IMG/VR virus record: IMGVR_UViG_3300029319_006288
Location: 1 to 61,322 of that record
Source: a virus
Lineage: Duplodnaviria > Caudoviricetes
Strand: one strand, 5' to 3'
Length of the DNA stretch: 61,322 nt
The first letter of the stretch is position 1. The number at the start of each line of letters is the position of its first letter. The notes under the pieces are model-generated. The model did no database searches and had not been told where the DNA came from. It was given only the letters and a program-made list of their open reading frames with translations. Made by a program: the position numbers and the translations under genes. Below are positions 1-11,100 of the stretch, one piece after another.

Positions 1-1
1 C

Positions 2-3000
2 AAGGGTCTTGGTAGAAATCAGGGCGGTGTTATTCAGGCGTTCGCTAGGGGTGGTTTCGTTCCGGGGCAGGGCAACAGAGATACTGTACCCGCTATGCTT
101 ACTCCGGGCGAGTTTGTTATCAAGAAAAGTAGTGCCAAGAAGTTAGGTGCTGGCACACTACAGGCGATGAATCAGAATAGGTTTGCCCTTGGTGGAATCG
201 CAAAAGAAAAAGATGTCGCAATTGTAACACCAGACGTTATCACATCCGACTATTCTACAATAGGCGGTTCAGTAACTCTAAAAGTAAAGGATGCGTTAAA
301 AAAGAAGACTGGGTTCGGGACATTAAATTCTAAAACACTAGAAGATATCTACGCTAGTAGTTTAGGAAAAAATAAATCAGAAGGCAAAAAGAAGCTCTTA
401 GAGATTGCAAGTAGCCCTACGGTTGCAGGTTTTGGGCAAAAGACCTATAATACACTTACCGAGGGTGTTACAAAAGATGATAAAGACGCTTTTGATAAAG
501 CTGCCGATGAAGGAGTCTTATCTGGAATCAAGAGTGCTGCCGTTAGTTTTTCTAGAAGTCTTGGGGCAGAGATAAATGATAGTGATATTGTTGCTGATGA
601 GAAATTTTCCATTCCCGGAGGTCTCAAGGGTGAAATTTTTGAAGGTGTAATGGATGCTTTTAATGGACAGCCGCTCGGTAAAGAAACCTCAGAGGATAAA
701 AGACCATTCGACTTTACAAGAGGTCTTAAGCCAGTAGGAACTTTATTTGATACTGTTAACAAGCAGAAAATTAATTTTGTTGACGCTAAGGTTAGCAGAC
801 AGTCTGCAACAAAAACGGGGGAATTTGAAAAAAAGACCTTAAATCAATTAGCTGATGATTTACTAAATGATAAAGGTTTTCAGTCGGCAATACAAGCAGA
901 ACAACGCAAGGTAGAACAACAGAAACAACAAGCTGCTGCTGCAAAGGGAAGAGGTGTTCAGACTGCAAATAAGGGCGGTAGCATTGGCGGCTCTGGTGAT
1001 ACCGTTCCAGCCCTTCTGACTCCGGGTGAATTTGTCGTAAATAAGAAAGCTGCACAAAGTATCGGTTACGGCAATCTTAACAGCATGAACAGAACGGGCG
1101 TTGCTCGCTTCAACAAGGGCGGTGCTGTTCAAACGTTTGCTAACGGCGGCACTGCTGGTGGAGGTGGCGGTGTTAACCTTGAGTCAATTTTCTTCCTTAC
1201 GGCTGTTGCTGGAACCGCAAGTGCTGCCATTGAAAAACTTGGCGACAAAAGTATCGAAGCTAGTGATCAAACCGCAGCATGGACTATTGGATTAGGAAAT
1301 GCAGTCAAGGGTTTGATCCAACTTCTCACAATTGGTGCCCTCACACTCCAAGCTAGAAAATCTATAAAAGAGTGGGCAACTGCTACTGATGAATCGACAG
1401 CTAAATCAGAGGACGCTACAAATGCCACCAAAGATCTATCTCAATCAGCAAAAGACGCTGCCGATGCTCAGAAAAACGTTACGGAAACTGAAATTGCGGC
1501 TCAGGTTGTAAATGTTGATGGCAAGGTTTCTGATGCTGCTGGTGGTCCTACTTCCGAATCTTTAAGTGGTGTTCAAGCACAAAAGTTCGATCCGAACGCT
1601 GAAGGAGCAGACTTACAAGATTTTATTAAAAAGAATCAAGCAGGACAACTATTAACCCAAGCTGAAATAGATATCGCTGGCGATGAAGAGACAGCGGCTA
1701 AACGGAGGGCTGGTGCAGCAAAGGGTCGTCTGACACAAGGCGAAGGTAAGCTCTCAGTTATAGGTCAGGATATATCTACAAAGAAAGGTCAAGTAACTAA
1801 AGCCGTTAACGCTGCTGCTAAAGGTGACGCTGCTGCACAGGGTAAATTACCAGCACTACAGGAACAGCTAAAAAGATTAGAAGCAGAATATGCAGCACAA
1901 GAGGCGGTTGTCGCAAAGGCTCGTGATACTATTGCATCAGAAAACGCTGCTGTTGATGAAGCCGCATCCAAGAAGCAGGAGCTTACACGTATACAACAAG
2001 ACCTTGTTAATGCAGAGAACAATGCTGTTAAGGCGTCTCAGGCAAAAATTGCGGCAGATAAAGATGCGGCTCAAGCTGCTATAGATGCCAGAGGATCATT
2101 TGAGAATTTAGGAAGATCTGTAGGGGGTGCTGTTGCAAGTGGAGCATCTAAAGCAGCAACAAAAGCTGGAGAACTAGGAAAAGCATTACAGGATAAAGTA
2201 TCTGAGAAATTTGATAAATCAAAAAAAGCAGTAACAGGTTACGTCAAAGCTGCCGACAAAGCATTAAGGCTAGATAAAGCTAGGGGTGCTGTTACGAGAA
2301 CAGCGAAGGCTGCAATAGATGGATTTAATAAAAGCAATGCGAGACTTGCGAGAGCTACTAAAGCTACTGGGCGATTTATTGGAGGTATGGGCAAAGACGT
2401 AGTAAAAGCAGGAAAAGCTATAGGAGGACTAGCTCAAAGAATCAAAAAACTTGGTAGCAGAGCCGGTGGTGCCCTAAGAGGTGGTCTTGCTAAGGGGGGT
2501 GGATTAAGAAGGGGTATAGGTGCTGTTGGTGGAGCCGCAACTGCCGCTGTCGGTGCTGTCGCTGCCATTGCTGCTGTTGGTAGTCAAATTGCTGATGGGT
2601 TCCAGCAGTGGTTTAAGCGTGCAGAAGAGCAAGCCAAAGCCAGTGATAATATTGCCGGTGCAATCGAAGCTGCTGGTAAAGCCTCTGTAGCTGCTTCAAT
2701 TGGCGAAATATTCACTATCCAAGGGTTTCTTGAGGCTGTTACTGACCCGAAAGGTTTTGTAGAAAGAAGACAACAAAGAAAAGAACAAGCAGAATTTAAC
2801 TCAGCCCAATCATTTATTGCGACTAGACAGGAAGCATCTGCACAAAGAATTAAAGATGGGGGAGATATTGGAGAATCCCTAGCCGGTGTTAATGAGGCGT
2901 TTGCCAAATCCAGAGCAGAAGCTCAAGACTTGACCGGGGCTGCAAGAGAAAAAGCACTGCGATCACTAGATGCAAGAACTAGACTGGAGATTGGCAGGCT

Positions 3001-5095
3001 TGATAAACTTGGTCTAAGTGTTGGTGAATTAAGACAGCAAGCCGTAAACCTTGCTGGTGCAGATCAAGAGCTTCTTGACTCACTCAACAAACAGATTGAT
3101 ACAATTGAAGCGAATAGAGTAGCCCAAGAACAGCTAAATAAAGCTAATCTTGACGCCACTAAGATTGTTTCAGCTTTTGGTGCTGCTGCCAATGCTTCCG
3201 CTCGATTGGTTGCTGGATTAGAAACCGGTGCAAACAGCTTGGCCCTACTATCTGATGAGTTAGACAATGCTAGTGGAAAACTGGGCGTTGATGCTAGCGG
3301 TGCGATTACTGAAGCAGAATCTCAATTATTATCCAACTTACCTGCTAATTCCCCCTTGGCCGCTTCTATTCGTGGTCAGGCCGATGTTGCAAGGGGAACC
3401 AATGCGTTTGGATTAAATATTGCTTCAAATCTTGGCAACTTAGAACTTGCAAGAGGTGAAGAAGGAAAAGGGCAACTTGAAAAGGCATTATTTGATGCTA
3501 TTCCAACTGATGCAGACCCAGCGACTAGAGCCAAACTTGAGGCAGTTATTAGAAAGAATGTTGCCGGTATCGAGGGCGATGTTGCTAATGCCGACTTGGA
3601 TGCACTTACTCAGCAAATCTTAGCAGACGGTCAAGAATTATCTAAAGGTTTCCGAGAAGCAGTAAAACTTCAGTCGCAGCATAATGCTACCATGACAAAG
3701 TTGTATGCGGATCGTGAACAGTTAGAACAAAAAGCTGCTGCTGCTGCAAATCAAGCTATTGAGACACAACTAGAAGCAGCTAAAGTGTTTGAGTCATTTG
3801 GTGGCTCCAGACTTACTGGCGAACAACAACTTGGAGCTAGAATTGCTCAGTTTAATAATATTGGTGGACTAGGTGGTTTAGGGGCACAGCTTACAACGGG
3901 ATCTGCTGCTGACATCAACGCCGTTGCTGCTCAAATTGGTCAGACGTTCGCAGAGCAAACAGATCAAGTTATTGGTAGTACATTAGCTGCCGGTGCAGGA
4001 TTACAAAGAGGTGGTCCATTCCAAGGTGCTGGTGGATTTGCCGCAGACAAGAGACCAGAAGCTCAGGCTGCAAACAAGGCATTAATTCAGTTTACAAAAC
4101 AGCGTATCTCCTTACTCAAAGAAGAGCTTAATATTGTTAAGCAGAAAAATGCCGCAGAGAAAAGTGCTCTTGATAAATTAATTAGTGGAGATGTAGAAGG
4201 GTTCTTGGATCAGCAGGCCGCTGCTGGTGCTGGTGCTGCACTCGCATCTGGCAGTGCTGGGCTTGCTGGATTGTTTAGTGCCAGTGCTCTCGGTGCTGGA
4301 TTCAAAACGCTTGAGGGTCAAGGGTTATCTGCCCAAGAACTACGTGGTGCAGAAGACCTGACTTTACAAAGGTTCGGAATTCAGGGAACCGGTGTATTAT
4401 CTAATACAACAGCAGAGCAACAAGCATTAAATGCAGAAGGAAGAGAATTAGCTGGAGCATTGGGTGGACTAGCATCACAAGAAGCCGCCTTTGCCAAGGC
4501 TGAAATAGCAATTCAAGACGCTACAATTAATGCTGCTCAGTTGTCGTTTGATAGGAAGCTGGCAGATGTTCAACGTGCTCAAGGAATACAAGGTTTGGCG
4601 AGGGGTGGAATTGTTTATGCAAGCAGAGGAATGTTCGTACCTCGTGGAACAGATACGGTTCCAGCCATGTTAACTCCGGGAGAGTTTGTTGTTAATCGTG
4701 CGGCAGTTAATCGTGGTAATAACTTACAAATTTTAAGGGCGATGAATACCGGTGGTGGGGCAAGTGCTCCGGGTGCTTTGAGTGGCGGCGGTAGTGTTAG
4801 ATACTATAACGATGGCGGCTTTGTAGATGGTATCACTAGCGTATTCGCCAATGCACTTCCGGGCCTAACAAACATTTTCTCAGGATTTGCAGAAACGGTA
4901 GAGAAATTGGTAAACACTAAATTTAATGTGGCTTTAGACCCAACAAATATCAATGTTAACTTCAATGGTGCATCATTCCTTGAAACCTTGAAAGATGATA
5001 TCAAGGATGGACTGTTGACCGAAGTAGGAAATGAGATTCAAAAATACAAAGCAAATAATTCTGGTGATCTCATCAAGAAGGACTCTGTACTTTAG
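2..5095 (+). CDS. Phage tail tape measure protein, C-terminal part (5' truncated by the window edge)
   Basis: The frame is open from base 2 (KGLGRNQGGVIQAFARGGFVPGQGNRDTVPAM...), so the track start at 95 is internal. The protein is long, Ala/Gly/Lys/Gln-rich and helical or coiled-coil, with hydrophobic stretches. It has three copies of the DTVPA(M/L)LTPGEFV motif typical of tape measure C-termini and lies directly upstream of tail genes. Confidence 0.85.
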   Translation, partial: KGLGRNQGGVIQAFARGGFVPGQGNRDTVPAMLTPGEFVIKKSSAKKLGAGTLQAMNQNRFALGGIAKEKDVAIVTPDVITSDYSTIGGSVTLKVKDALKKKTGFGTLNSKTLEDIYASSLGKNKSEGKKKLLEIASSPTVAGFGQKTYNTLTEGVTKDDKDAFDKAADEGVLSGIKSAAVSFSRSLGAEINDSDIVADEKFSIPGGLKGEIFEGVMDAFNGQPLGKETSEDKRPFDFTRGLKPVGTLFDTVNKQKINFVDAKVSRQSATKTGEFEKKTLNQLADDLLNDKGFQSAIQAEQRKVEQQKQQAAAAKGRGVQTANKGGSIGGSGDTVPALLTPGEFVVNKKAAQSIGYGNLNSMNRTGVARFNKGGAVQTFANGGTAGGGGGVNLESIFFLTAVAGTASAAIEKLGDKSIEASDQTAAWTIGLGNAVKGLIQLLTIGALTLQARKSIKEWATATDESTAKSEDATNATKDLSQSAKDAADAQKNVTETEIAAQVVNVDGKVSDAAGGPTSESLSGVQAQKFDPNAEGADLQDFIKKNQAGQLLTQAEIDIAGDEETAAKRRAGAAKGRLTQGEGKLSVIGQDISTKKGQVTKAVNAAAKGDAAAQGKLPALQEQLKRLEAEYAAQEAVVAKARDTIASENAAVDEAASKKQELTRIQQDLVNAENNAVKASQAKIAADKDAAQAAIDARGSFENLGRSVGGAVASGASKAATKAGELGKALQDKVSEKFDKSKKAVTGYVKAADKALRLDKARGAVTRTAKAAIDGFNKSNARLARATKATGRFIGGMGKDVVKAGKAIGGLAQRIKKLGSRAGGALRGGLAKGGGLRRGIGAVGGAATAAVGAVAAIAAVGSQIADGFQQWFKRAEEQAKASDNIAGAIEAAGKASVAASIGEIFTIQGFLEAVTDPKGFVERRQQRKEQAEFNSAQSFIATRQEASAQRIKDGGDIGESLAGVNEAFAKSRAEAQDLTGAAREKALRSLDARTRLEIGRLDKLGLSVGELRQQAVNLAGADQELLDSLNKQIDTIEANRVAQEQLNKANLDATKIVSAFGAAANASARLVAGLETGANSLALLSDELDNASGKLGVDASGAITEAESQLLSNLPANSPLAASIRGQADVARGTNAFGLNIASNLGNLELARGEEGKGQLEKALFDAIPTDADPATRAKLEAVIRKNVAGIEGDVANADLDALTQQILADGQELSKGFREAVKLQSQHNATMTKLYADREQLEQKAAAAANQAIETQLEAAKVFESFGGSRLTGEQQLGARIAQFNNIGGLGGLGAQLTTGSAADINAVAAQIGQTFAEQTDQVIGSTLAAGAGLQRGGPFQGAGGFAADKRPEAQAANKALIQFTKQRISLLKEELNIVKQKNAAEKSALDKLISGDVEGFLDQQAAAGAGAALASGSAGLAGLFSASALGAGFKTLEGQGLSAQELRGAEDLTLQRFGIQGTGVLSNTTAEQQALNAEGRELAGALGGLASQEAAFAKAEIAIQDATINAAQLSFDRKLADVQRAQGIQGLARGGIVYASRGMFVPRGTDTVPAMLTPGEFVVNRAAVNRGNNLQILRAMNTGGGASAPGALSGGGSVRYYNDGGFVDGITSVFANALPGLTNIFSGFAETVEKLVNTKFNVALDPTNINVNFNGASFLETLKDDIKDGLLTEVGNEIQKYKANNSGDLIKKDSVL
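80..4690 (+). repeat. Three dispersed copies of the DTVPA(M/L)LTPGEFV coding motif (80-118, 998-1036, 4652-4690)
   Basis: Read directly from the DNA and translation. Each copy is preceded by an xxGG motif and followed by a short helix ending LxxMN. Confidence 0.9.
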
Positions 5096-5104
5096 GATAA
5101 ATAA

Positions 5105-8100
5105 ATGTCGGAACCATTCTTAAAAAGTCTTGAATGTTCGTGCATCAAGGGCACATCTGTTACCTGCCCCGGTGGTGGAGAAGTCGATGCATTTCTTGGT
5201 TTAAATGAGGGGGTACTTTCTGCCACTCTTGAGAACGATTCTAAAATTACTTCTCCGGGTGAAACTCTTACCGCAAATTTTAGTACAGTATTGGATGGAT
5301 CTGGTCCGTACTTTACTATCAGTGGATGTTCTGATCCAGAAAACTGTGAATTTGTAGAGGCTGGATGGGAAGTAACAATCTCTGGTCTAGCGGGTGCTGT
5401 GCCATTTACAGAGACAGCAAATGTCATAAATACATATGCTGATGGTTCTGCATTAATCTTTTATGGTGGCGGTGTTGATCTTACCAATGCCCAAATTGAC
5501 AGCGTAGTTGCTAGTGGTATAGGTCATCCCACTCCTCCAAATGCAACTATAGCGAAATCGTTTGGTATTGAAGATATTATACTAGAGGGCGAGGGCGAGC
5601 TATCTAGATTATTATCAGCCGAGATACCATTTCCTTTAGTGTCTATCGAGGGCGATGGAGAGATTGACGAAGACCTCATTGCCGACTATTCTATTTATCA
5701 GCAGGTTGTTGGTGAGGGCGATTTTGATAACACAGTAGACAAGATGGCTGGAGACTTTGGCGACTTCTACTGTCAGGGTAAGCTGTATCCTTCTGGCGAC
5801 CTTCCTGTTGTAGACGGGTTCGGGTCGTTTATTGCCCCATACAATCAATCCGGTAATCTTTGGTCCTACATTGATGAAGGTGTTTATGAAGGTATAGCAA
5901 AAGATGGTGGCAATTCTAACAATCTATCAGATGATCTCAATTCATATATTGAGCCGAATACAATACATACAGAAGGGCTTTTTCAATATAACTGCAACTT
6001 AACAAGTTTGAATGTTAGGCCAGATCATTCTGCGTTTAGAATTCGTGTATCCGCACCATTATCAAACCTAGAGTCTAAGACTGCTCCTCTTTATACGCTA
6101 TACAATATTCGACTTTCTGATCCCTCTGGGAACTTAATTGTAAAATATAATGATATACAGATAAAGGGCGATGCTAACGACGAGTATGAAAACTTTTCAA
6201 CATACTCTTCTTTACCAGAATTAAATGTCATATCAGATAAGTATGACTGGGAGAGACGTGGGTTCCCTCACATGCACGAAGACGTTGGATACCAACTGTC
6301 TTTTAGTGTTCGTGCTGTTTCTCTGGATGATCCATTTACAGAGGGTTTCGACGAGGGTTTTGAAGAAAACTATATTATTCCTGAAACGTTCTATGCTAGT
6401 GGAAATAATTATCTTGCCCTAGATGGTCAACCTTTATCGACTCAAGAAGTCCGCTTTATCAATCCAACAAGAGGTTTTAGAATCTCTGCTGTTGAGATCT
6501 GTAATAGTGGCGGATTCGGACCAAGGCCAGAAGAATATCTGCCATTCCAAATGGCGGTTAGGGAAAAGGGCAGGCGTCTTGAGAGATGTATTCAGCCTAA
6601 CTTTATGCCCCTCAATACATACGACACTACAATATACCCAGCGGTAAACAATAACATATGGGAAAACGATACCCTCAATGCAACAAATGAGGATGTATGC
6701 GGGGCACAAGAACTTATTAATATTCTTAAAGTTCAAAATGATGACCGCTACATCAAGTTGCAAACCGCACAGGGTGGAGATGTTGCCGACTCTGGTAAAC
6801 TCATACTGAAGTTTAAACATGGAAGATCAAAAGTAGATGAAATTACTCCGGGTGATTTTAACTTTGCATTTGATCAGGGCACAAAAAATATATGGTTCTC
6901 ACCTAGCGGTGCGTTTAACGTAGAAAAACGTACAGAAGAGATACAAGAAGATTCGCCTTACTTTAATGTAGAATCTTTAACACTCAAGGTTCTGGCTAAA
7001 AAACAAGTAGGCACCAGAGACTATGTACTTGATGTTGTTGGTTACAGCGACGATAAGTTGTTGAATGTAACAAGTCCGTCTGGAGGATTTATTCAAGATC
7101 CATCTGGTGTTTTCTTGAATGACCAATTTGTACCCCATACTGGACAGCATCCAGTTCTCTCAGGGTTCTACGGTGACAACTCAGACTGGACAATGGGTGG
7201 TGCAGGTCTGTCTGAGAGAGATGACTACTTTGAGGCCAGCGGTAATGACCATTATAAATTGGCCCAATACCCAGTGGTTAATACTACCGACTTCCAACTT
7301 TACGAAGTGCCCTTGGTCATACTTGATGATAATGTAAGATATGGAATATCTAGAGATTATAGTTTAAGCTCACTACTAGAACATTTATACTTAGACATTT
7401 ATCCACTTCCTAGTGGTGCTTCTATTGCATATATAGAACTTTGTGCCAGATATGCACCAGCAGACGGTCTCAACATCTATACCCAAGGTGGTGAGAAGAT
7501 AGGTAAAGCTCAAGCTGGTAGATCAGAAGGTGCGTTGTTCCCATCGGGCATGGAATCTTATGATGATATACTTAACGCTGGTTCTGGATATCAACCAATT
7601 TCTGCCATTACAGGTCTTCCCCATGCTTATAGTTCGCCTGATACAATTAAAACAAACTACTCTAGAAGATGGCGAGGTTCAGAAGGTACAGTTCGTGGAC
7701 CATACGATCTAGATTCCTTCGGTTTTGGTTTTGAGAACCCAACCATAGACTACCCATTCTTGTCAGGTTACTACAAGTTTGATTCGTTTGGGCCAGAAAA
7801 TAGATATGTATTGTCTGTTGATATGGGTCCATCCTCTCCTAGCGGCTTGGGTACTCTCAGTGGTCTGTGCTTGACCGATCCAGAGATTCACCATAATATT
7901 GGTTGGAGATTCGCAAGCGGCACACTGTTTAACGATCAACTTCCGGGCTACAGCGGTAACTACACTACTACTGACTGGACATCTCTATCCAATGGTTCTA
8001 CAACCTTTGTTGGCAACCCATTGTATGGAAAGATTGCCGACGCATTTGATAGAGTCATTAGAATCAGCGGTGAGGCTGGTGGTCAGAATATTGACTTTGG

Positions 8101-11100
8101 CCCTGTTGATGTATCTGGCGGTTTTGCTATCTTCACTAGATTCACACCAGACGCAAACGTTTCTGGAGTAGACTACGACCTGTTTGACAGTGGCGTTATT
8201 GTGTCTAAGTGGAGCACTGCTGAAGACATGGATTTTGCCCTCGGTTATGACGATGGATTCCTTTGTGGTTATGCCCAAGATGTCAACGGTAATATTATAA
8301 CAGTCAAAGATACTATCAAGTATAGCGGTTATCAATTCCCATTAAATACTATTCTTACATATAATGATAGTGGCAACCATAGACTTAGACTTTACACTGA
8401 TAATGAATTTGGTGGATCTGACTTTGATGTGCTGAGAGCTACATCCTCTCCTTTCCATAAAAACGCAAACGATGCAAATGTTATCTTAGGATATTCTGCT
8501 GGCTCTGGCGTGGGTATGAACATGCTGGTCAGTGAGTTTGGTGTTTCTACCTATAGCTCTGGTGTTGACACACTGTACGGATTTGGTACGAACATTGTAG
8601 CGTCTGGTGCAGATAAAACTTACAAGGGCGTTAACGCAGATGTATTCCTAGAAAATAGTCGTGCTAAGTTCTTTGATCCCGATGAGTCTCATACTAATGA
8701 TAGATATAAACTGTGGGACAGGGTAAACGAAGATACTTATAATGATTGGGCCATTGGTGACTTTAAGTTTTGTCAGTTTGGTATTGGGTTTGATCAGTGG
8801 CAAAAGCGTCCAAACGCAGAACATATTATCTTCGAATTAAATCATCATGGTTCTGGTTATTCACAAAACAACGATTTACCATTATTATCTAACGTAGACA
8901 GCGGTGTTGCATATCACACACAGATGGAAAGCGATTTCCTACGATTCCACTTGTCAGACGTTCAAGATTCATTCTATGCTGTAAACAGAAGAATAACTAA
9001 AAACCTACCAGTCGGATATAAATTCTCTGAACGTGCCCTTGTTGTCGAGACTGTTCTTGAGCATAAGACCGGTGCAGGCATAGAGTGGGCAGCATGTACT
9101 GATATCATGCCTTCTGGACCTCAGATGATCGTCAGTCTTTACACAAAGAAGCAGGAGCCATATTGGACTCCAGACGAACCAAACTGGGGTCTTGTAAACC
9201 GCAAAACTCACTACATCAAACCGTCTAGTTGTTTAATTAAACTTGACTCTGTTTTTGATTACGATTCCATCTGTGAAGAAACTGATGCTTGGACCATCTT
9301 CCCCGAAGAGCCAAGATTAAAAGACTTCTCAGAAAGATATTTCAAAGACGATGTAAATCAAATGTTTGTTCAGTATGACTTGGTTTATCCATCTGGACCA
9401 GCGTTTGATTCTAGGATTGAGATGCACTCTTCGCATGTCAGGATGCAGGATGTCAACATTTGTAAGACTGCTAATAGTGGTACATTTAATTTGTATTCTA
9501 GCGGTGCTTATCCTGCGTCCAATACTCTGAATATGAACATCGGCGGGTTCCCAAGAGAAGTCAACGATAGCTTAGATCTTACTATTCAGGTTCCTTTTGA
9601 TTACGATGTTATTGCAGAAGGAATGCCTTCTGGGTTCTCACTAAATGTTAGTGGTGCCTTCCAGAGAGAATCCTCGCTCAATCTCTTTATACCACCGCAA
9701 TCTGGCGAAATTTCGTTTAATCTTTTTGTTAGCGGTCAGTTCCCAGATGTAGCTTCTGGAAGTATGCCAATCGCCTTGCCGGTTGTTCTTGGTGCATTGG
9801 ATAACTCCTTGGATGGAAATCCAGATACTTCAGATCCAAACTCTCCAAATTACGGTAGCGGGAATATCTTTGGTCTTCCTCTTACTGTCTATAATGTAGA
9901 CTTTGGTGAAAGCCCAGAGGGTCCATTCCTCAATCTGAATATGTCTGCTTCTCTCGGTGATGCAACTAGTATATACCGATCAATTCCAATGTTCTTGTAT
10001 AATAAGTCTATTGGAAATACACAAGAGACTGCTGCAAGTGGATTTATTAACCTAAACATGTTTGGAAGAAACCAGATTCCGGGTTCACGAACAACGTCTA
10101 CCATGCCGTTGTATATTAACGCTCCAAACATAATTGATACAGATATGAATCTGTATCTTCACAACCCACTAGTAGAATCTTTACTGACAAGCACAGTTAA
10201 TCTTGTTACGGCAAGTTACAATGTAGGATCTAAAGGTACTGGATCTGCATTTGGATTATGGCACAATAATAACTATGGGACCGGAATTGAATTAGAAGAT
10301 AACTCTTATGCTTCTCTGTCCGCAGATAATGAGATTAGAGGTGTAGATTTAATAGGTTATGGATCTTGCACAGGAGACAGTCCAAGCAAAGCGATTGATG
10401 CAGAACTAAAAACAGACTGCACTGTTTGGAGAGAAGAGACATGCAATGAGGGTGGAATATTCCGAGCCAAAGCTACCTACACAAATTCTGGTGCAATTAA
10501 CTTTGAGGGTGGCTTAGGATACAGTGGAAACTACTATGGAATAAGGAAGTACACTCAACTTCTTCCTTCTACTCCATACTTTGCGACTATGAGTATTGTT
10601 ACCGGTTCTACCGACGCTATTCCTGTCCCAAGGACATTTGAGGAATGGGAATATGGAATGTGTGGTCCAGCTTGGTATGCAGACGGTAGTGGATGCTGCA
10701 CAGAAGATTGTGATGGAAACATTGTATTCTCTGGTGTCAAACTTATTGGAGATGATGCTGGCGGTGTTCCTCCTTCTGCAAATCTTTACTCTGACTCTGA
10801 CTTGATCGTTGCATCTGGTAGAAGTGCTGGTGACAAATTTGGTCAAACCGTTGCTGTCAGTGAAGATATCATGGCTGTCGCCGCACCTAATATCACAATT
10901 CCTGATTTTGGCCTTTATCCTTCCGGTGGTGATGTTGGAAACATAGATGTTAGTGGTGCTGGTGCCGTGTTCTTATATCGAAGAGGGCAAGACGAAGCTG
11001 GCAAGAAAGCTGACTGGGTTTTAGAAGAGCAGTTGATGCTACCATCTGGTTACAGAAAAGATTACATCCAGAGAACAACAGATAATCTATTATCATTTGG

